From Octopus sinensis (lineage: Eukaryota), in contig NC_043005.1 in NCBI RefSeq assembly GCF_006345805.1, positions 4,154,001 to 4,218,000 on the forward strand: a stretch of 64,000 bases of DNA, read 5' to 3'. Below, in pieces: positions 62,018 through 64,000 of this stretch; the first letter of the stretch is position 1, and each line of letters opens with the position of its first letter. Made by a program: the position numbers and the translations under genes. The notes below the pieces were generated by a model. The model saw only the letters and a program-made list of their open reading frames with translations. It did not search any database and was not told the DNA's origin.

Positions 62018-64000
62018 GTTTATATATATATATAAATAGAAAGAGAGGTCCATTTAAGATCAATATTTATGAAACGTATATACAGCAAATTTCTGCATTG
62101 TTTCCATCTGCCAAGTTCCACTCTCTTGAATTGCCTAAGGTGCCATGCAGTAAGAATGAGCCTGAAACCATTTAGTTGTGAGGCAAACTTCTTAACAACT
62201 GTGCAAGTTGCAAGGAAGAAACTTTGAGCAACTTCTGCATTATTAACTCTTTGTTACTAGATTTCTTTTGAAATCTGCTGCCTTTATTGCAATTAATTTT
62301 GAAAATAATAAAGAATTTAGCAGACTAACTTCATTATTAAACTGTTGTTTCAGACATAAATTAATGAGATTTTGATGGAAGGTTTTTAACTCAAGTCACC
62401 AACGTACCGGAGACCATTCATGGTTCCATGAGTCAAACTTCCTCTTTTAAAGTGATCTAAATTAAAAACCTCCATCAAAATTTCAGGTTAATTTATGTTC
62501 AGAACACCAGCTTAATAATGGAAAAATTATTTACCTAATTCTTTATTTTCTCAATCAATTGAAACAAACACACCATATTACCACAGAAATATGGTGACAA
62601 AAGGGTTAAAACAGAAAGTTTGTACCAAAGAACCAGGGCCATTTTGGGAGGGTTGGTATCAAAAGGTTTAAGTTAAGAAACAAAACTTCATGTTGTGGTC
62701 TCATTTATTAAATGTTTTAGCATAAAGTCCTGAAATATCTTAATCATCATCATCATCATCATCATTTAGCGTCCGTTTTCCATGCTGGCATGGGTTGGAC
62801 GGTTTAACTGAGGTCTGTGAAGCCGGAAGGCTTCATCAGGCCCAGTCAGATTTGGCAGTGTTTCTACAGCTGGATGCCCTTCCTAACGCCAACCACTCCG
62901 CGAGTGTAGTGGGTGTTTTTTACATGCCACCATCTTAATCATTTAATATTAGTTAATTTGATAAATCTTGTGTGTTTAAGCAAGGTAGATTGCTTGATTT
63001 TTGTTTACCTGGTTGAAAGTAACTATCATAGTGTTTCACTTTATTGGCAGTGTTGACATTTGGAGGAAACAGCTGTGAAACCCTTTTAGAATTTACATTT
63101 ACATTATCTATATCAATCTCATTACGTTTCAAATTGATTTCTCTCCAATCATTGTTGGGTATTTTATTCCCGGATGTGCGCAATCCCAGGCTGGACTAGA
63201 TTCAAGCATTATCGGCCAACCAGGAACAAAGCCTAACATTTTGAACAAGCTGTTCAAAATGTAATTAGGCACTTTAAACGATGAAGTTAATTATATTATA
63301 ATTTTGCAGGCTTTTAATAATTCATCTTTAGACATTTAGCAAACACATATTTCAACAATTTAAAGCTGTATCGAAATAGGTAGCCATTTTGTTGTAATAT
63401 TGTTTCTCTCTTAATGGTGCAAAAGTGAGCTCTGTCCGATGAAAGGGCAGGTTTCCCAGTTGGCTGGTGCAGGGGTTCTGAAAGCGAGAAATATGTAGTG
63501 AGTGGGTATCTGCATATGTTTGGTGTGTGTGTTTGTGCATGTGTTTGGCATCTGTGTATATGCATGCATGTTGTGTGTATGCAAATGCAGTGCATGTGCA
63601 GTGGGTGGATGTGCATATGTGGTTGCGTGTATTTGTGTATGTACCATTTATACATACACACACACACACCTAACATTGACCTCAATTACATATTTACCCT
63701 TCATCAAAGATTCCCTTCTGTTCAAAGACTCCAAAGTGGAAACCCAGTTTAAACAATACTATTTTTATGACCCTTTCCTAACCCTTTCACCGTTAACAAG
63801 ACAGAATTCCCCACCAGCTTGGCCCTTCTTCACGAAAATCAGTCGGGTTGTTTCTTTATTGATTAGTATTACTGTGAAGGAGGATTATTAGGAAAATAGT
63901 AATACTAACACTACTAATCAATAAGCAATAAGTCAGCTCTTATGACCGAGCAGGACATTGTATGATTGGCTGGCGTATTTTGATGTGTGTGTGTGCTTGT

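Overview
AT-rich, microsatellite-dense eukaryotic DNA whose repeats look like those of coleoid cephalopods, probably Octopus (recognised by pattern, not by database search). Nearly all ORFs in the track are microsatellite artefacts or retroelement fragments. The only host gene I can support is the 5' end of a spectraplakin (shot/dystonin/MACF1 family) on the + strand. It has two alternative phase-1 first coding exons (38702-38801 and 40504-40582), both splicing in frame to a 62-nt exon (40789-40850) that starts the CH1 actin-binding domain. I found no later exon before 64000. The rest is mobile DNA: tRNA-derived SINEs, RTE, CR1, Tx1 and R4/Dong LINE fragments, Helitrons, MITEs and a decayed hAT transposase. 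Three observations stand out. (1) Two Penelope-type inverted repeats contain hammerhead ribozyme motifs: a complete-looking type I hammerhead in both arms of a 151-bp inverted repeat, and a decayed minimal hammerhead at the apex of a 410-bp foldback. (2) A very young 2.7-kb non-autonomous LTR element has 586-bp LTRs, an AATC target-site duplication, a tRNA-Trp primer binding site and a structured polypurine tract. (3) Further long foldbacks could form dsRNA.
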